DNA of 64,000 bases. Origin: an uncultured bacterium. GTDB taxonomy: Bacteria > Actinomycetota > Thermoleophilia > Solirubrobacterales > 70-9. A model generated the notes under the pieces. The model worked only from the letters and a program-made list of their open reading frames with translations. It ran no database searches and was not told the origin of the DNA. This document shows, piece after piece, positions 47,527-57,353 of the stretch (positions are counted from its first letter, which is position 1; every line of letters begins with the position of its first letter). The position numbers were made by a program, and so were the translations under genes. The stretch spans positions 68,274 through 132,273 of the forward strand of contig CAIUSP010000042.1 of assembly GCA_903901855.1 (NCBI GenBank). Direction: 5' to 3'.

Positions 47527-48900
47527 ATGCCCCCGACCAAGACCAAGACCGAAAAGACCACCGAGACCCGGATCCTATTCCGCAACATCGACGAGCCCGG
47601 CCTGTCGAAGATCAGCACCTACAAGCGCCTCGGCGGATACAAGTCCCTGGTCAAGGCCTACACCGAGATGACTCCCGAGGACCTCCTCGCCGAACTCGAG
47701 GCATCCGATCTGCGCGGGCGTGGTGGCGCCGGCTTCTCGATGGGCAAGAAGGCATCGTTCCTGCCTAGAGGCGATATGGACAAGTACCTCTGCTGCAACG
47801 CGGACGAGTCCGAGCCTGGCACCTTCAAAGACCGTGAGCTGATGCAGAAGAATCCCCACCAGCTGATCGAGGGGATGGTCATCGCCGCGCGAGCGGCTGG
47901 AGCCAACCGCTGCTTCATCTACATCCGCGGCGAGTACGTACTGCAGGCCGACACGCTCGACCGCGCCGTGGCCGAGGCCTACGAGGCCGGATATCTCGGC
48001 GAGGACGTCTGCGGCACGGGCGAACAGGTCGAGTTGGTCGTCCACCGGGGCGCTGGTGCCTACATCTGCGGCGAGGAGACGGCACTGCTCGACTCGCTCG
48101 AGGGAAAGCGGGGTAACCCGAGGTTGAAGCCGCCGTTCCCGGCGGTCGAGGGCCTGTACGGAGGACCGACCCTTATCAACAACGTAGAAACGCTCTCCAA
48201 CCTCCCGCACATCGTCGCCTCGGGAGCCGAATGGTTCCGCAGCTTCGGGACAGAGCAATCACCCGGCACCAAGGTCGTCTCCGTCTCCGGCGACGTGGCG
48301 AAGCCCGGCAACTACGAGATCGAGCTCGGCGTCCCTGTTCGGGGGATCATCGACGATCTTGCCGGTGGTGCCTCGGGCAAGGCGAAGTTGAAGTGCTTCT
48401 TCCCCGGAGGATCCTCCTCCCCGGTGCTGACGGTCGAAGAGGGAATGGACCTCCCCTACAGCTTCGAGGCGATGGCCGACGCGGGCTCGATGCTCGGCTC
48501 GGGCTCGATCATCGTCTGTGACGAGGAGACCTCGGTGGTGGAGCTCGCATTGCGAGTCGCGCGGTTCTATCACCACGAATCCTGTGGCAAGTGCACCCCA
48601 TGCCGCGAGGGAACCAACTGGACGGTGAAGATGCTGGAGCGGCTCTCCCACGGGGAGGCAACCCCGATCGACCTCGAGACGATCGTCTCGGTCCAGGGCA
48701 ACATCACCGGAAACTGCCTCTGCGTACTCGGTGATTCGATGGCCGCGCCGGTCAGCGCTCTGGTCGCCAAGTACCGACCCGAGTTCGATCAGGCGATCTC
48801 GATGGGTGGAGTCAACGGCCATGCCACGGCGGGCAACGGCCATGGTGGCGATGCTCTGCCGGATGTGGCCTGGCCGCTCGGCGCCGGGAGTGCCGGCTAG
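47527..48900 (+). CDS. nuoF: NADH-quinone oxidoreductase subunit F
   Basis: GRGGAGFSMGKK (FMN/NADH site) and ESCGKCTPCREG (N3 cluster). Confidence 0.93.
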   Translation: MPPTKTKTEKTTETRILFRNIDEPGLSKISTYKRLGGYKSLVKAYTEMTPEDLLAELEASDLRGRGGAGFSMGKKASFLPRGDMDKYLCCNADESEPGTFKDRELMQKNPHQLIEGMVIAARAAGANRCFIYIRGEYVLQADTLDRAVAEAYEAGYLGEDVCGTGEQVELVVHRGAGAYICGEETALLDSLEGKRGNPRLKPPFPAVEGLYGGPTLINNVETLSNLPHIVASGAEWFRSFGTEQSPGTKVVSVSGDVAKPGNYEIELGVPVRGIIDDLAGGASGKAKLKCFFPGGSSSPVLTVEEGMDLPYSFEAMADAGSMLGSGSIIVCDEETSVVELALRVARFYHHESCGKCTPCREGTNWTVKMLERLSHGEATPIDLETIVSVQGNITGNCLCVLGDSMAAPVSALVAKYRPEFDQAISMGGVNGHATAGNGHGGDALPDVAWPLGAGSAG

Positions 48901-51387
48901 ATGGTCGAACCGATTCGTGAGTTGGTGACGATCACCGTCGACGGACGGGAGATCACCGCGCCCGAAGGCCAGATGCTCCACGACGCTGCCAAGTCGGGGG
49001 ACGTCGAGATCCCGGTCTTCTGTTACGAGCCCAAGCTCGGCGAGCCGGTGGGCGCCTGCCGGATGTGTCTGGTCGAGATCGAGGGTATCCCGAAACTCCA
49101 GACCTCCTGCTCGACTCCGATCCGCGACGGCATGGTGGTCCACACCAAGACCGATCAGGTCAAGGAGGCCCAGAACGCTGTCGTCGAGTTCCTGCTGGTC
49201 AATCACCCCCTCGACTGTCCGGTCTGCGACAAGGGTGGCGAGTGTCCGCTCCAGGACATCTCGATGGGCTGGGGGCCCGGAAAGAGTCGCTTCACCGACG
49301 TCAAGCGTCACTTCCAGAAGCCGATCGAACTCTCGCCGCTGATCGCGCTGGACCGCGAGCGCTGCATCCTCTGTTACCGATGCGTCAGGTTCAGTCAAGA
49401 GGTTGCCGAGGACGAGCAGCTGCAACTCCTCGAGCGAGGCGACCGGACCTTCGTTGGGACCTTCGACGACCGGCCCTACGACGATCCCTACCACGGCAAC
49501 GTGATCGAGCTCTGTCCGGTCGGAGCGCTGACCACTTACACCTACCGATTCCGCGCGCGGCCGTGGGACATCGAAGACGCAGGCTCGGTCTGCACCCTGT
49601 GCTCCTCGCAGTGCAACGTCAAGTTCTCGATCCGCGACGAAGAGGTCCTGCGAGTCCTCGCACGCGACAACGAGGACGTGGACGACGGCTGGCTCTGCGA
49701 CAAGGGTCGATTCGGTTTCCAGTCGTTCGGCTCGGAGGATCGAATCACCCAGCCGATGCTCCGTGGCGGCGACGGTGAACTCTCTCCGATCTCCTGGGAC
49801 GATGCGCTCTCCCGGGTGACGAAGGCTCTGAAGTCGTCGGGTGAGAAGACGGCCGTGCTCGCCGGCGGTGGCACCTCCAACGAGGAGGGATGGCTGCTCG
49901 GGCGGGTCCTGCGAGAAGGACTGGCCGGAAACGCGATCGACTCGGGAGCGCACCCGGCGGATGCCGGTGCGGTGAGGGGCCTCTCGAATCCCGCTCTGAC
50001 CGCGCGGATGCGGGACATCGATCATGCGGGGGCGGTGCTGGTGCTCGGCGCGGACCCGCGCAACGAGATGCCGATCTGCGATCTCCGCATCCGCAAGGGG
50101 GTCAGGCGGAACGGTGTGCGACTGGCGGTTGCGACCGATTCCCCCACTGCCCTCGATCGACGCGCTCATGCGGTGGGGCGCTACCTGCCCGGTGCCGCGG
50201 CCGGGTTCATCTCGCAACTGGCCGGCGAGATCCGCAGCGAAGGCTCCTCGAGTGGGCCAGATGCGGAAGCAGTCGCTGCACTGGCGACGGAACTCCGCGG
50301 TGCCGAAGATGTAGTCGTGGTCTGGGGCGAGGAACTCTGGAGCGAGCCCCGAGCTATTTCCGCCCTGATGGATCTCGCGACGGTTCTGGGGATCGAAGGC
50401 ACCGAGACCTCGGGCCTGATCGAGATCCCCACAGAGGCGAACGGCAGGGGCCTGCGCGAGGTCGGTTGTCTGCCGGGCGCGTCCGCCGGTCTGGCCGAAG
50501 CGCCCGCGGGCCCGGGAGTATCCGAGTTCTGCGAGAAGCTGCGCGACGGCAGCCTCGAGACGATCCTGCTGGCCGACTCCGACCCCGTTCGCACCCATCC
50601 CGACGGTGAGGGATGGAAGCAGGCTCTCGGCAACGCCTTCGTGATCGCCATCTCGTCGTTCGAGACCCCGTCTGCCTCCTTGGCCAACCTCGTGATCCCC
50701 GCTGAGAACTTCTCGGAGAAGGAAGGAACGATCACCCATCCGGAGGGTCGTCTTCAGAGGGTCCGCAGGAATGTCCCGCCTCCCGACGGCCTGCTGCCGA
50801 CCTGGAACTTCCTCGCGGCGGTCGCAACGGAGTTGGGAGTCGACTGCGGGTTCAGCGACCAGCCCGGCCTGTTCACGGCGATGACCTCCTCGAACGGCCT
50901 CTACCAGGGGATAACCGAGGAGGATCTCGCTGGGCAGGGTGTCCGCTGGCAGGATCGTGAAGGAGCGGCGGGGCGCGTACCCGCGGGCGGCGCGACACCC
51001 CAGATGGCTGCACCGACATCCGCACCCGGATCGGCCGGAGCACCAGACTCGATCCGGTTGGGCACCCGTCGTGACCTCTGGGCGGCGGAGGTCGCCGAAC
51101 GCAGCCCGGCGCTCGAGTTCCTGGTGCCGATGCAGAGCCTCGAGATCTCCATCCCCGACGCGGAGAGGCTCGGACTGAAACAGGGCCAAGCCGTCGAGGT
51201 CAGCGCCGGCGACGGCGCGTCAGTCGAGGCGAAGGTGGCGATCCGCGAGGCGATGATTCCTGGTGCCGCCTTCCTGATCTGCGGTGCCCGGGACGGGAAC
51301 GGAAACCTGCTCACCGGCGCGGTCCCGGGTTCGAGGACGATCCGGATAGAGGTCGCGACTCCGGTGGGTCAGACGGAAAACACATGA
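48901..51387 (+). CDS. nuoG: NADH-quinone oxidoreductase subunit G
   Basis: CRMCLVEIEG, HPLDCPVCDKGGECPLQD and CILCYRCVRF Fe-S motifs, then a molybdopterin-oxidoreductase-like domain. Confidence 0.93.
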   Translation: MVEPIRELVTITVDGREITAPEGQMLHDAAKSGDVEIPVFCYEPKLGEPVGACRMCLVEIEGIPKLQTSCSTPIRDGMVVHTKTDQVKEAQNAVVEFLLVNHPLDCPVCDKGGECPLQDISMGWGPGKSRFTDVKRHFQKPIELSPLIALDRERCILCYRCVRFSQEVAEDEQLQLLERGDRTFVGTFDDRPYDDPYHGNVIELCPVGALTTYTYRFRARPWDIEDAGSVCTLCSSQCNVKFSIRDEEVLRVLARDNEDVDDGWLCDKGRFGFQSFGSEDRITQPMLRGGDGELSPISWDDALSRVTKALKSSGEKTAVLAGGGTSNEEGWLLGRVLREGLAGNAIDSGAHPADAGAVRGLSNPALTARMRDIDHAGAVLVLGADPRNEMPICDLRIRKGVRRNGVRLAVATDSPTALDRRAHAVGRYLPGAAAGFISQLAGEIRSEGSSSGPDAEAVAALATELRGAEDVVVVWGEELWSEPRAISALMDLATVLGIEGTETSGLIEIPTEANGRGLREVGCLPGASAGLAEAPAGPGVSEFCEKLRDGSLETILLADSDPVRTHPDGEGWKQALGNAFVIAISSFETPSASLANLVIPAENFSEKEGTITHPEGRLQRVRRNVPPPDGLLPTWNFLAAVATELGVDCGFSDQPGLFTAMTSSNGLYQGITEEDLAGQGVRWQDREGAAGRVPAGGATPQMAAPTSAPGSAGAPDSIRLGTRRDLWAAEVAERSPALEFLVPMQSLEISIPDAERLGLKQGQAVEVSAGDGASVEAKVAIREAMIPGAAFLICGARDGNGNLLTGAVPGSRTIRIEVATPVGQTENT

Positions 51388-52391
51388 ACGGCTTCCCCCC
51401 GATCGCCGATACCGCTTTCGCGGAGGCGCCTTGGCTGCTGGTCGTCAAGTCGATCGTGATCTTCGGCGTGATGTTCGCGATCCTGCCCTTGCTCACAGTC
51501 CTCGAAAGGAAGTTGCTCGGCCGCTTCCAACAGCGCTACGGACCCAATCGAGTCGGTCCGGTGGGCCTGCTCCAGCCATTGGCCGACGTCGGCAAGTTGC
51601 TCGGCAAGGAGCACTTCCGCCCCGACGGTGCGGTTCCGTTCCTCTTCGCCATCGGTCCGCTGCTGGTCGTGCTCTCGGGCATCCTTGCGATCGCGATCAT
51701 CCCGTTCGGGAACGTGGTCGACGGAGTCGGGCTGTACGGAATCGACGTCTCGATCGGGATCCTCTACTTCTTCGCGGTCGGCTCGATCGCCTTCTACGGA
51801 CTCCTGCTCGCTGGCTGGTCCTCGGGTTCGAAGTACAGCTTCCTCGGCGCCATGCGCGCTGCGGCCCAGCTGATCAGTTACGAGGTGGCGATGGGGCTTT
51901 CGCTGCTCGGCGTGATCTTCATGGCCGGATCGCTCTCGCTGGTCGACATCGTCGAGGCCCAGAGCGGCCTCTGGTTCATCGTGCCGCAGATCGTCGGATT
52001 CCTCGTGTTCATGTTGGCGGGCTTCGCTGAGACGAACCGGACCCCGTTCGACCTGCCCGAGGCAGACGCCGAGTTGGTTGCCGGATATCAGACCGAGTAC
52101 GGGGGGATGCGCTTCGGCTCTTTCCTGCTGGCCGAGTACATAGAGATCACCGTGGTCTCTGCGATCGGCGCGGCGATGTTCCTCGGCGGATTCCTCGGGC
52201 CTGGGCCGGACTGGCTGGGACCGCTCTGGATGGGGATCAAGACCTTCGTGCTGATCCTGATGTTCATCTGGATTCGCGCCACCATTCCGAGAGTCCGGTA
52301 TGACCAGCTGATGAGCCTCGGCTGGAAGATCCTGCTGCCGATCGCAACCCTGAACGCACTCGTAACCGCCGTCGTGGTGACGCTCACCTGA
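51384..52391 (+). CDS. nuoH: NADH-quinone oxidoreductase subunit H
   Basis: [19 protein letters not shown], and [21 protein letters not shown]. Confidence 0.93.
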   Translation: MNGFPPIADTAFAEAPWLLVVKSIVIFGVMFAILPLLTVLERKLLGRFQQRYGPNRVGPVGLLQPLADVGKLLGKEHFRPDGAVPFLFAIGPLLVVLSGILAIAIIPFGNVVDGVGLYGIDVSIGILYFFAVGSIAFYGLLLAGWSSGSKYSFLGAMRAAAQLISYEVAMGLSLLGVIFMAGSLSLVDIVEAQSGLWFIVPQIVGFLVFMLAGFAETNRTPFDLPEADAELVAGYQTEYGGMRFGSFLLAEYIEITVVSAIGAAMFLGGFLGPGPDWLGPLWMGIKTFVLILMFIWIRATIPRVRYDQLMSLGWKILLPIATLNALVTAVVVTLT

Positions 52392-52399
52392 GGAGAGAG

Positions 52400-52975
52400 A
52401 TGCACGCGAAACTGAACCAAGACAAGACCGACTGGAGCCCGTTCCCTTATCTGCAGGAAGCCGATGTGATCTCGGTCCAGAGGGGTCCCGAGGCGGGCGG
52501 CGCTGCGGGCGGTTGGCGCGCTCTGCGCGAGACCATGAGGGGCATGAAGACCACCTTCGCCCGACTGGTCGAGGGGCCGGTCACCCTCCAATACCCGGAG
52601 GAGAAGACCGCCGTCTATCCGCGGTTCAGAGGCCGCCACAAACTGCATCGGTTCACCGACACGGGCCTCGAGAAGTGCGTCGGCTGCTCGCTCTGTGCTG
52701 CGGCCTGTCCGGCCGACTGCATCCGGGTGGTCGCGCGGGAGAACGATCCCGACGATCGTGTCTCGGCCGGTGAGCGTTACGCCGAGGTCTACGAGATCAA
52801 CCTCGCTCGTTGCATCTTCTGTGGCTACTGCGAGATCGCCTGCCCGTTCGACGCGATCACCATGGGTCACGACTACGAGATGGCCGACTACAACCGGGCG
52901 GACCTGATCTTCACCAAGGAGATGCTGCTGGCCGAACCGATCGAGCGGGCGCCGCTGAAGCGGGAGGGCGAGTAG
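52400..52975 (+). CDS. nuoI: NADH-quinone oxidoreductase subunit I
   Basis: Two 4Fe-4S motifs, [12 protein letters not shown] and [12 protein letters not shown]. The ~45-aa N-terminal extension is plausible, as in other actinobacteria. Alternative start ATG 52535. Confidence 0.9.
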   Translation: MHAKLNQDKTDWSPFPYLQEADVISVQRGPEAGGAAGGWRALRETMRGMKTTFARLVEGPVTLQYPEEKTAVYPRFRGRHKLHRFTDTGLEKCVGCSLCAAACPADCIRVVARENDPDDRVSAGERYAEVYEINLARCIFCGYCEIACPFDAITMGHDYEMADYNRADLIFTKEMLLAEPIERAPLKREGE

Positions 52976-52979
52976 TCGG

Positions 52980-53516
52980 ATGAAGGAGGTCCTCTTCTGG
53001 ATCGGAGCGATCGGAGCGATCGGAGGGGCAGCGGCAGTGGTCGCGCTGCGGAATCCCTTCTACAGCGTGCTCGCGCTGATCGCGCACCTGGTCTCGATCG
53101 CCGGACTCTTCCTGATCCTGCAGGCGGAGTTCATCGCGGCGGCCCAGGTGGTGGTCTACGCGGGAGCGGTGATGGTCCTCTACGTATTCGTGGCTGCGTA
53201 CGTGGGCGGGATAGAGGAGCCCAAGCTCGACGCGATCCCGGGACAGCGCCCACTCGCGTTCCTCGTCGGCGCCGCGATCTTCATCGAACTGTCGATAGCG
53301 ATCGTCGCTTCCGGGCTGCTGGCGCTCGACTCCGGTGGTCCCGAGGTAGCCCTCGGGTTCGGCTCGCCGGCGGGAGTCGGGAAGCTCATGCTGGAGCGAT
53401 TCCTGATCGCGTTCGAGGCCGCCTCGCTGCTCCTGCTGATCGCCGCTATCGGCGCGGTGGTGCTCGCAGAGCGCAGGCGCAGGGATGAGTCCGATGCAGA
53501 GGAGGCTCTCGGCTGA
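52980..53516 (+). CDS. nuoJ: NADH-quinone oxidoreductase subunit J
   Basis: 178 aa, 5 TM helices, ND6-like, position in operon. Confidence 0.85.
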   Translation: MKEVLFWIGAIGAIGGAAAVVALRNPFYSVLALIAHLVSIAGLFLILQAEFIAAAQVVVYAGAVMVLYVFVAAYVGGIEEPKLDAIPGQRPLAFLVGAAIFIELSIAIVASGLLALDSGGPEVALGFGSPAGVGKLMLERFLIAFEAASLLLLIAAIGAVVLAERRRRDESDAEEALG

Positions 53517-53815
53517 TGGACCTCAGTTACTTCCTCGTCCTCTCGGCGCTCCTGTTCGCAACCGGAGCGATCGGCGTGCTCGTTCGCCGGAGCCCATTGG
53601 TGATCCTGCTCTGCCTCGAGTTGATGCTGAATGCCGGCAACCTCGCGCTGCTCACCTTCTCCCGTTCGCTGGCGGATCAGCAGGGTCAGGTGCTGGCCCT
53701 GGTCGTGATGGTGGTCGCTGCCTGCGAGGTGGTGGTCGGTCTCGGGCTGATCGTCGCGGCGTACCGTCGCAAACTGCCGCTCAACGTCGATGAGTTCCGC
53801 ACCTTGAGGGGATAA
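53516..53815 (+). CDS. nuoK: NADH-quinone oxidoreductase subunit K
   Basis: 99 aa, 3 TM helices with conserved Glu residues (CLELMLNAGNL, AACEVVVGLGL). Confidence 0.9.
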   Translation: MDLSYFLVLSALLFATGAIGVLVRRSPLVILLCLELMLNAGNLALLTFSRSLADQQGQVLALVVMVVAACEVVVGLGLIVAAYRRKLPLNVDEFRTLRG

Positions 53816-53820
53816 CCGTC

Positions 53821-55839
53821 GTGGACGCCGTCACCTTCGCTTGGCTCGTGCTCGCCTTCCCGCTCGCCGGGAGCATCCTGATCTCGCTCTCATTCAAGCT
53901 CCTGCCCAGGCGCGCGGCAGGCTACATCGGGACCGCGGCGATCGCAATCGCCTTCGGCTTCGCCGTGGCTGCGCTGATCGGGCTGCTCTCGCATCCGGTA
54001 GAGGAGCGCTCTCTGAACGGTGCGCTCTACGACTACGCGGCGGTCGCGGGCATCGACGTCGAGCTCTCGATCCTGGTCGATCCGCTGTCGGTCTTCATGT
54101 GTCTGATCGTGACCGGGGTCTCGACCCTGATCCACCTCTACTCCCTCGCCTACATGACCTCCGACCGCGGCTACAACCGATTCTTCGCCTACCTCAACTT
54201 CTTCGTGTTCTCGATGCTGCTGCTGATCCTCGCCGGCAACCTCGTGCTGCTGATCGTCGGCTGGGCCTTCGTGGGATTCGCCTCCTACGCGTTGATCAGC
54301 TTCTGGTATCGCCGCACCACGGCGACCGCCGCAGGGATGAAGGCGTTCGTGATCAACGTCGTCGGCGATATCGGATTGGTGCTCGCGGCGTTCCTGATCC
54401 TGAGAGAGATCGGCGTACTCGACCTAACCGAGATCTTCGAAAAAGCGCCCGAGGACCTGTCGGTGAACAGCGGGGTAGCGGTGGCGATCGGACTGCTGCT
54501 GTTGGTCGGTGCGTTCGCGAAGTCCGCGCAGATCCCGCTCCACACCTGGCTGGCGGACGCGATGGAGGGTCCGACCCCGGTCTCGGCGCTGATCCATGCA
54601 GCCACCATGGTCACCGCCGGCGTCTACCTGATCGCCCGCTTCTGGCCGATCTTCGAGCTGGCGCCTACCGCTGCGGACATCGCAGCGTTCACCGGTCTGG
54701 CAACGCTGCTCTTTGCCGGAACGGTTGCGCTCGTGGTCACCGACCTGAAGCGGGTCATCGCCTACTCGACGATCAGCCAGATCGGGTACATGGTGGTCGG
54801 CGTCTCGATCGGGGCCTACACGGCCGGTCTCTTCCATCTGATGACCCACGCGTTCTTCAAGGCGCTCCTGTTCATGGCTGCCGGCTCGGTCATCGCCGCG
54901 ATGGCCGCGGTCCAGGACCTGGACAAGATGGGCGGGTTCCGGAAGGCCCTGCGGTTCACCGGGCCGATGCTGGTGATCGGCGCTCTGGCGCTAGCCGCGT
55001 TCCCGGGCACCTCGGGGTTCTTCTCGAAAGACGAGATCCTCGTCTTCGCCGAGGCCCGCGGAGGCATGTACATGATCTTCGCCATAGGCGGGTACATCGG
55101 TGCGCTGATGACCGCGGTCTACTCCTTCCGGATCGTCTACCGGGTCCTCTCCGGACCGCCATGCAAGGAAGCGGCGGAGTTGGAGCAGGGGCACCTGGCA
55201 CACGGTGAACCGGTCAACCCCAAGACCGGCGAGACCGAGGACACCGATGTCGGCTTCCCCGGCTCGGAGCACTGGATCGCCGAGAGGGCCCGACCGATGC
55301 GCGTGGCGATGTCGATCCTAGCCTTCCTCGCTCTGTTCGCAGGCCTGGTCCAGGTGCCGGGAGTGACCCACGTGATCGACTCCTTCCTGGAGCCGGTATT
55401 CGCCGAATCGAAGCTGGCCGAGGACTACCACCCGACCGTGGCAGCCGAGTGGCGTGGGCTGGCGATCGGGGCGGTGATCTCGATCCTCGGGATCCTGCTC
55501 GCCCGCTACCTGTGGGTGACCAACCCCGCACTGCCGGCCAGGCTCGCGAAGCGATTCCGCAGGATCCATGACTTCTGCGCGAACGCCTGGTACTTCGACA
55601 AGCTGATCGACGTCCTCGTGGTCAGACCGGTCCAGGCGTTCGGAGACAAGATCGCCGACTCTTTCGTAGAGAACAAAGTGATCGGTACCTTCGCCGCGAT
55701 CGCAACCGGGACCGTGCGTGGAGCAGGTGCTGCGGTGCGGATCTCACAGTCGGGCTACCTGCGCGCCTACGCAATGGTGTTGCTGCTCGGGCTGATCGGA
55801 CTCGGCATCTACTTCCTGATCGCGGGGGGAGGAGCCTGA
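53821..55839 (+). CDS. nuoL: NADH-quinone oxidoreductase subunit L
   Basis: 672 aa, ND5-type antiporter-like subunit (AKSAQIPLHTWLADAMEGPTPVSALIHAATMV). Confidence 0.92.
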   Translation: MDAVTFAWLVLAFPLAGSILISLSFKLLPRRAAGYIGTAAIAIAFGFAVAALIGLLSHPVEERSLNGALYDYAAVAGIDVELSILVDPLSVFMCLIVTGVSTLIHLYSLAYMTSDRGYNRFFAYLNFFVFSMLLLILAGNLVLLIVGWAFVGFASYALISFWYRRTTATAAGMKAFVINVVGDIGLVLAAFLILREIGVLDLTEIFEKAPEDLSVNSGVAVAIGLLLLVGAFAKSAQIPLHTWLADAMEGPTPVSALIHAATMVTAGVYLIARFWPIFELAPTAADIAAFTGLATLLFAGTVALVVTDLKRVIAYSTISQIGYMVVGVSIGAYTAGLFHLMTHAFFKALLFMAAGSVIAAMAAVQDLDKMGGFRKALRFTGPMLVIGALALAAFPGTSGFFSKDEILVFAEARGGMYMIFAIGGYIGALMTAVYSFRIVYRVLSGPPCKEAAELEQGHLAHGEPVNPKTGETEDTDVGFPGSEHWIAERARPMRVAMSILAFLALFAGLVQVPGVTHVIDSFLEPVFAESKLAEDYHPTVAAEWRGLAIGAVISILGILLARYLWVTNPALPARLAKRFRRIHDFCANAWYFDKLIDVLVVRPVQAFGDKIADSFVENKVIGTFAAIATGTVRGAGAAVRISQSGYLRAYAMVLLLGLIGLGIYFLIAGGGA

Positions 55840-57353
55840 TGATCAACCTCGCGATCTGGCTCCCGGCTGTGGGCGGCCTCGCGGCCTGCCTCGCGCCCCG
55901 CCGCGCGGTCGGGTGGGTCTCGTTCATCTTCGGCCTCGGCGCGCTCGCAATCGCGATCGCGATGACGGTCGGCTACGAGTCCGGTAGCGGGCTCCAGTAC
56001 CTCGTGGACGAGAAGTGGCTGCCGGATCTCGGGGTCGGTTACAAGGTCGGGATCGACGGGATCAGCGTCTTCCTGGTCCTGATGGCAGCGGTCGTCTGGC
56101 CCGCCGCGACCGCCTGGTCGGCGATCAAGACGCCAGACCGACCGGCAACCTGGTACCTGCTGCTCGCGATCGGTCAAAGCGGTGCGATCGGGGCGTTCTG
56201 CGCTCAGGACCTGCTGCTGTTCGTCCTCTTCTTCGACTTGATGCTGATCCCGTTCTTCTTCCTGTTCGGTGCCTGGGGCAAGAACCCCGACGGGGGGCTC
56301 GGGGCCTCGGCGGCCACGATCAAGATGATGGTGTTCACACTGTTCGGCTCGCTGCTGATGCTGGTCGCCGCAGTGGCTACCGCGTTCATCTCCTCCGAGG
56401 GCGGCTCGCCGCTCACCTTCTCGATCTCCGCCATCACCGCCCAGGGAGTCCGGGACTCGAGCGAGATCTGGCTGTTCAGCTTCTTCGCGCTCGCGTTCCT
56501 GATCAAAATGCCGGTCTTCCCCTTCCACGGCTGGATGAGGGACACGTACCGTTCGGCACCGCTGCCCGCACTCGCGCTCTTCACCGCGGTGCTGTCGAAG
56601 GTCGGAGCCTACGGATTCATCCGGGTCTGCCTTCCGCTGTTCCCCGACGCAACCGCCGAGCTCCAGGACGTGATGATGATCCTCGCCGTCGTCTCGATCA
56701 TCTACGGGTCGGTGATGGCGTTCTCGCAGGACAACGCGAGGCTGGTGGCCGGTTTCTCATCGATCGCGCAGATGGGATTCGTGCTGCTCGGGATCTTCGC
56801 CCTGCGCGCCGACGGGCTCGACGGGGCCGTGCTGCAGATGGTCAACCACGGGCTCGTGGTGGTGCCGATGATGCTGATCATCGCCTTCCTCGCCGAGCGC
56901 GTCCGATCAGACGATCTGAGCAAGATGGGAGGACTCGCTTTCAGGGCTCCGTTCCTGGCCGCGATCTTCCTGGTGGTGACGATGGCTGTCCTCGCACTAC
57001 CCGGATCGGCGAACTTCGTGGGTGAGTTCTACGTGCTCAGGGGCGCGTTCGAGGTCGACATCACCCTCGCCGTGATCGCGAGCCTCGGCGTTGCGATGGC
57101 GGGCTTCTACGCGCTACGCCTCTACCAGCTCTCGATGCACAACCGGGAGATCGAGGCCGATGCGTCGGCAGAGATCTCTACAGGCCGCGGAGCGATCCTT
57201 GGGGCACTGGTCGCGGTGATCGTGGCGCTGGCGCTCTACCCGCAACTGATCCTCGAGCGAGTGGATGACAGCGCCGAATCCCAGATCGCCCCAGCCGCCA
57301 GGAGCGCCGGACAGACTCCGGCCACAGAGGCATCGGTCGGGAGTAGGCCATGA
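55839..57353 (+). CDS. nuoM: NADH-quinone oxidoreductase subunit M
   Basis: 504 aa, ND4-type (IKMPVFPFHGWMRDTYRSAP). Confidence 0.92.
   Translation: MINLAIWLPAVGGLAACLAPRRAVGWVSFIFGLGALAIAIAMTVGYESGSGLQYLVDEKWLPDLGVGYKVGIDGISVFLVLMAAVVWPAATAWSAIKTPDRPATWYLLLAIGQSGAIGAFCAQDLLLFVLFFDLMLIPFFFLFGAWGKNPDGGLGASAATIKMMVFTLFGSLLMLVAAVATAFISSEGGSPLTFSISAITAQGVRDSSEIWLFSFFALAFLIKMPVFPFHGWMRDTYRSAPLPALALFTAVLSKVGAYGFIRVCLPLFPDATAELQDVMMILAVVSIIYGSVMAFSQDNARLVAGFSSIAQMGFVLLGIFALRADGLDGAVLQMVNHGLVVVPMMLIIAFLAERVRSDDLSKMGGLAFRAPFLAAIFLVVTMAVLALPGSANFVGEFYVLRGAFEVDITLAVIASLGVAMAGFYALRLYQLSMHNREIEADASAEISTGRGAILGALVAVIVALALYPQLILERVDDSAESQIAPAARSAGQTPATEASVGSRP

Noticed and set aside
48259-51189. 976-aa open reading frame antisense to nuoF/nuoG
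   Set aside because: It lies entirely opposite two genes with unmistakable Fe-S and FMN motifs. Its translation is Arg/Gly/Asp-rich with no recognisable domain. Long antisense ORFs are expected in GC-rich DNA because stop codons are AT-rich.
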